This document shows positions 7,787-10,587 of a stretch of 10,587 nucleotides of DNA, in pieces. The translations under genes and the position numbers were made by a program. A model generated the notes under the pieces. It ran no database searches, was not told where the DNA came from, and worked only from the letters and a program-made list of their open reading frames with translations. Each line of letters begins with the position of its first letter. The first letter of the stretch is position 1. This stretch comes from an uncultured archaeon (GTDB taxonomy: Archaea; Asgardarchaeota; Heimdallarchaeia; Heimdallarchaeales; Heimdallarchaeaceae). The stretch covers positions 1 to 10,587 of the forward strand of contig CAZHRF010000074.1 in assembly GCA_964534625.1 (NCBI GenBank). The letters run 5' to 3'.

Positions 7787-8932
7787 TTACCGTTCATATA
7801 TCTCAATTTTTGCATTCTTTATCTCTTTTTCTTGTTTTAAGATTTCTTTTCTTGTATCTCTTCCAGTTTTAAGCAGTTCCCAGAATCTTTCAACAAAATC
7901 GGGATTAATACCCATTAATACTCCCCTTATTGACAGCAATGGTTCGTCTATTGACGTTAATGCAACAGATATACTACCCTTTTCGAATCTTTTTGCTATT
8001 TTTTTGGTTTCAAAAGTTACTTGATAAGAATCGGGTGCTGTTATAGCCAAGAAACCCCTTTTTGCACGAGTTATTTCTGCAGTCAAACTTGAATTTTCCT
8101 CAAGCGACTCAAAGAACATATCAGAGAATCTAACATTTCTAGATCTTTGTTTTTCTTCAAAGGTTTTATCTAACGACACTATAACTCCTATTCCTTTTGT
8201 TTGATGACTTATAGCTCTAAAGAAATCATCTAATCCAGCATTGTATTCTTCATGGTTACTTTCTTGCATTGCAGCTAATATTGTTGTTACTAAAGTTTCA
8301 GCTAAACTTTCGTTACTTTTCTTTATTGCTTTTTCAACGGGATCTTTTTCATTTTTCTGTATTAACTTATTGTTATCAAATAGAATGATAGGTGATTGTG
8401 GTCCATCAGATCCGAATCCGAGATAATACAATGCTTTGGATGCGTTATATTGTATCATGGATGGTTCATTCTTTTCCGGTACAATAAATACCACAGTTGG
8501 AGCATTTCCAGTTATTCGTTCTATCATCTTTGAAGCTAGCATTGAACCAGCAGCCCCTGTTCCACCACCACTACCTATTACTAAATGTAGAGCTAGGGGA
8601 GATTCACCTTCTTTTATGTCTTCTTTTTTATAGTATACGACTTTTTCCACTTTTTTGTAAAGATCCTCTTCCTTGTGTTGTATATCTTTTTGAGCTTCTT
8701 CTATACGATAATTTGATGTCTTTTTTTTCTCTCCAAACCAGAATTTTTCTCCATAATTTTTTATTTCGGGTTCAAAATCATCTGTATAATTGATAGCCAA
8801 TGATTTTACATTAATATCATTTTCTTTAAAGTGGGCAATTATCAAATCACCAATTTTACAACCAGCATTTCCTGCCCCAATAACAGAGACAGAGATAGTT
8901 TTTCCGAATATTTTTCGTTTTAACCAAGACAT
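7787..8932 (-). CDS. Divergent tubulin/FtsZ-superfamily protein (CetZ/FtsZ3-like, not canonical FtsZ)
   Basis: T1 VIGAGNAGCKIGD, T2 LAIN, T4 GSGGGTGAAG (GGGTG at 8569-8555), T5 IVPEKNE, YNASKAL, T6 IILFDN, SNESLA and T7-like YNAGLDDF. C-domain EITRAKRGFLAITAP and IRGVLMGI, followed by a long C-terminal helix. Confidence 0.9.
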   Translation of the reverse strand: MSWLKRKIFGKTISVSVIGAGNAGCKIGDLIIAHFKENDINVKSLAINYTDDFEPEIKNYGEKFWFGEKKKTSNYRIEEAQKDIQHKEEDLYKKVEKVVYYKKEDIKEGESPLALHLVIGSGGGTGAAGSMLASKMIERITGNAPTVVFIVPEKNEPSMIQYNASKALYYLGFGSDGPQSPIILFDNNKLIQKNEKDPVEKAIKKSNESLAETLVTTILAAMQESNHEEYNAGLDDFFRAISHQTKGIGVIVSLDKTFEEKQRSRNVRFSDMFFESLEENSSLTAEITRAKRGFLAITAPDSYQVTFETKKIAKRFEKGSISVALTSIDEPLLSIRGVLMGINPDFVERFWELLKTGRDTRKEILKQEKEIKNAKIEIYER

Positions 8933-8947
8933 TAGTTAGCCTCTCCT
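8930..8947 (-). promoter_or_regulatory. Translational coupling site: SD-like AGGAGAGG plus TAATG stop/start overlap
   Basis: Minus strand AGGAGAGG (8947-8940), 7 nt spacer, ATG (8932-8930). The TAA (8934-8932) of the upstream gene shares nt 8932. Confidence 0.7.
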
Positions 8948-10332
8948 GCAAATACTTTCAAAATTCTTCTGATATTCAATATATATATCCATACTGCCAA
9001 GAAACTTTTTAGTATCTTACCTGTTGATATAGGTACTGTTTTCATTGCTGATATATATTCTCTTAAAGAAAACACTGTTATAGTTTCTTGTTTTGCATAT
9101 TCAGCATATTTTTCTTCGAACTCCATAACAGAGCTGTAAATATAATTATCCAATTCGGACAATGCCTTAACTTTAAACTTTTTCATCTTGATATTAAACT
9201 TGTACAATGGAATGATCACAATTAGAACCATTACCGCTGCAACAACTATGGATACAAGCATGACTAACACGGGGACAGAAGCATTATCAGTCACCATGGG
9301 AATATTCATTGTAGGCATAAATCCAGCATATGTTCCATCTCCTGGATAGACCATACCTATAATTGGCAAAGCTATTTGATTGCTTATACCCATAAACATG
9401 GCTAGAGTTATGATTAATGTTGATAATATACCTGCAATAGGGATATTTTCAAGTTGTCTTATCGATCTACCTGGTGTGTCACCTAAAGCCCATATTATTT
9501 CATAGTTCTCTGTTGTTAGTAATGTTCCATATTGTTCTACATATTCACTTATGCGTTCTGTAATCTGGTTTAACACTTCCGAATAAATCCGCGTGTTAAG
9601 TATTGAATAATATACAGCTACTAGAAATATATATAGTAATATTGGGTTGAATACAAGAGAAAGATAACCACATACTATTGTAAATGCAGAAACAGTTTTT
9701 ATGCCCCCATAAATTATTAAGGGTACCTGCATTCCTGCCCCTATAATAATAGATAGCGTAACTATTAGCCAATTGAAGGGCAGTTTTCGATCATAATATT
9801 TGTTATAATAATTACGTACTGGACTTTCTAACCAATCAACCTTCTTTTCGATTATTAAACCTAAGTAGCCATCATGAGTGAATTTCAAATAAAAAAGCGC
9901 AAAAAAGACTGAAACTAAAATGGGTATTATAATCAAGAAAGGCACTGCCGTTATCATGGTCTGTTCATTAGCTGGTGTAGCTCCATCTAAAACTTTCCAT
10001 ATATCTCCTTGAAACGATAGAATGGAAAATAAACTTGTTGGAACCCCGAATAGAGCTATAAAAAACCATAGTTTTACATAATCAAACCAATTTAGGGATA
10101 AAATTGTATTCAGTTTTACCTTGAAGAAACAAACAGGTAACAGATGTATTTTTCTAAATGGGTTCATTAATGCCTTTACATACCGAGGGTTCTCAATTAA
10201 ACCAGCTGTGCTCGGAAACTTCTTCTGGTGTTCAATAATTAGTCTTTCAAAATCAAATTCAGAAGACTCTTTTTCTTTAGATATAACAAATTTAGCCCCT
10301 ATTTTAGGGCGTTCTTCAGTTGTTGTTTCCAT
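8932..10332 (-). CDS. Polytopic membrane protein (about 6-7 TM), unknown function
   Basis: 466 aa with a largely hydrophilic N-terminal ~85 aa. Hydrophobic segments at about aa 88-107, 127-149, 185-208, 214-245, 297-328, 353-377 and possibly 440-454. Charged helical loops at aa 246-296 and 378-432. Confidence 0.85.
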   Translation of the reverse strand: METTTEERPKIGAKFVISKEKESSEFDFERLIIEHQKKFPSTAGLIENPRYVKALMNPFRKIHLLPVCFFKVKLNTILSLNWFDYVKLWFFIALFGVPTSLFSILSFQGDIWKVLDGATPANEQTMITAVPFLIIIPILVSVFFALFYLKFTHDGYLGLIIEKKVDWLESPVRNYYNKYYDRKLPFNWLIVTLSIIIGAGMQVPLIIYGGIKTVSAFTIVCGYLSLVFNPILLYIFLVAVYYSILNTRIYSEVLNQITERISEYVEQYGTLLTTENYEIIWALGDTPGRSIRQLENIPIAGILSTLIITLAMFMGISNQIALPIIGMVYPGDGTYAGFMPTMNIPMVTDNASVPVLVMLVSIVVAAVMVLIVIIPLYKFNIKMKKFKVKALSELDNYIYSSVMEFEEKYAEYAKQETITVFSLREYISAMKTVPISTGKILKSFLAVWIYILNIRRILKVFAGEAN

Positions 10333-10587
10333 ACTATTGTGTACAAGTCAACACTATTTTTAACTCTATCGCCTTTTTGGAAAAATAATAAACTATTATC
10401 TCCTAAATGTGAGATATATTGAATCTTACGATACATCGCTTTGTCGATAAAATGAAAAAGAATCAAAATTAAGTTACTATTACGATGTTATATTTTTTGG
10501 AGAGATTATATCATTACAAATCCTAATTAGACCTGTTCACTAAACCAACATCGTTAACACTATAAAGAGAAGTTACGCTGAGCAGTT

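Noticed and set aside
7787-8932. Naming the gene ftsZ, cetZ or tubulin
   Set aside because: It lacks the FtsZ GGGGxN T1, GAG T3, PFxFEG and C-terminal peptide, and shows no eukaryotic tubulin-type motifs. CetZ-like features are present, but orthology needs a tree.
7767-10363. + strand ORFs 7767-8024, 8241-8426, 8436-8633, 8497-8793 and 10121-10363
   Set aside because: Antisense to the tubulin-like and membrane protein genes, with no independent support.
10527-10587. 3' end of a - strand gene entering from the right edge
   Set aside because: The longest open stretch is only about 20 codons with no motif, so it cannot be supported.
1-10587. CRISPR array, tRNA, rRNA, known defence system
   Set aside because: No regularly spaced repeats, cloverleaf or extended GC-rich RNA-like segment, and no nuclease or toxin motifs were recognised.

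Overview
AT-rich (roughly 30% GC by eye) prokaryotic window with 10 credible CDS and no tRNA, rRNA or CRISPR signal. The gene content suggests an archaeon, most likely Asgard/Heimdallarchaeia-like (inference from a TPR + longin-like protein, a double zinc-ribbon membrane protein and a non-FtsZ tubulin-superfamily gene). Main highlight: a divergent CetZ-like tubulin/FtsZ-superfamily gene (7787-8932, -). It has altered nucleotide loops (T3 lost, T4 GGGTGAA, T7 NAGLDD) and an N-terminal amphipathic helix. It overlaps an upstream 6-7 TM membrane protein gene by TAATG with an internal SD-like motif, making a candidate membrane-anchored cytoskeletal module. Other points: the left end of a probable IS200/IS605 element at nt 49->1, whose TTAT target / AAAA guide / hairpin spacing matches the IS608 rule and which supplies the stop codon of the TPR-longin gene; an M29-like aminopeptidase with several substituted metal ligands; and interleaved inverted repeats in the 5089-5317 divergent intergenic region. 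All protein calls come from motifs read by eye; no database searches were run.
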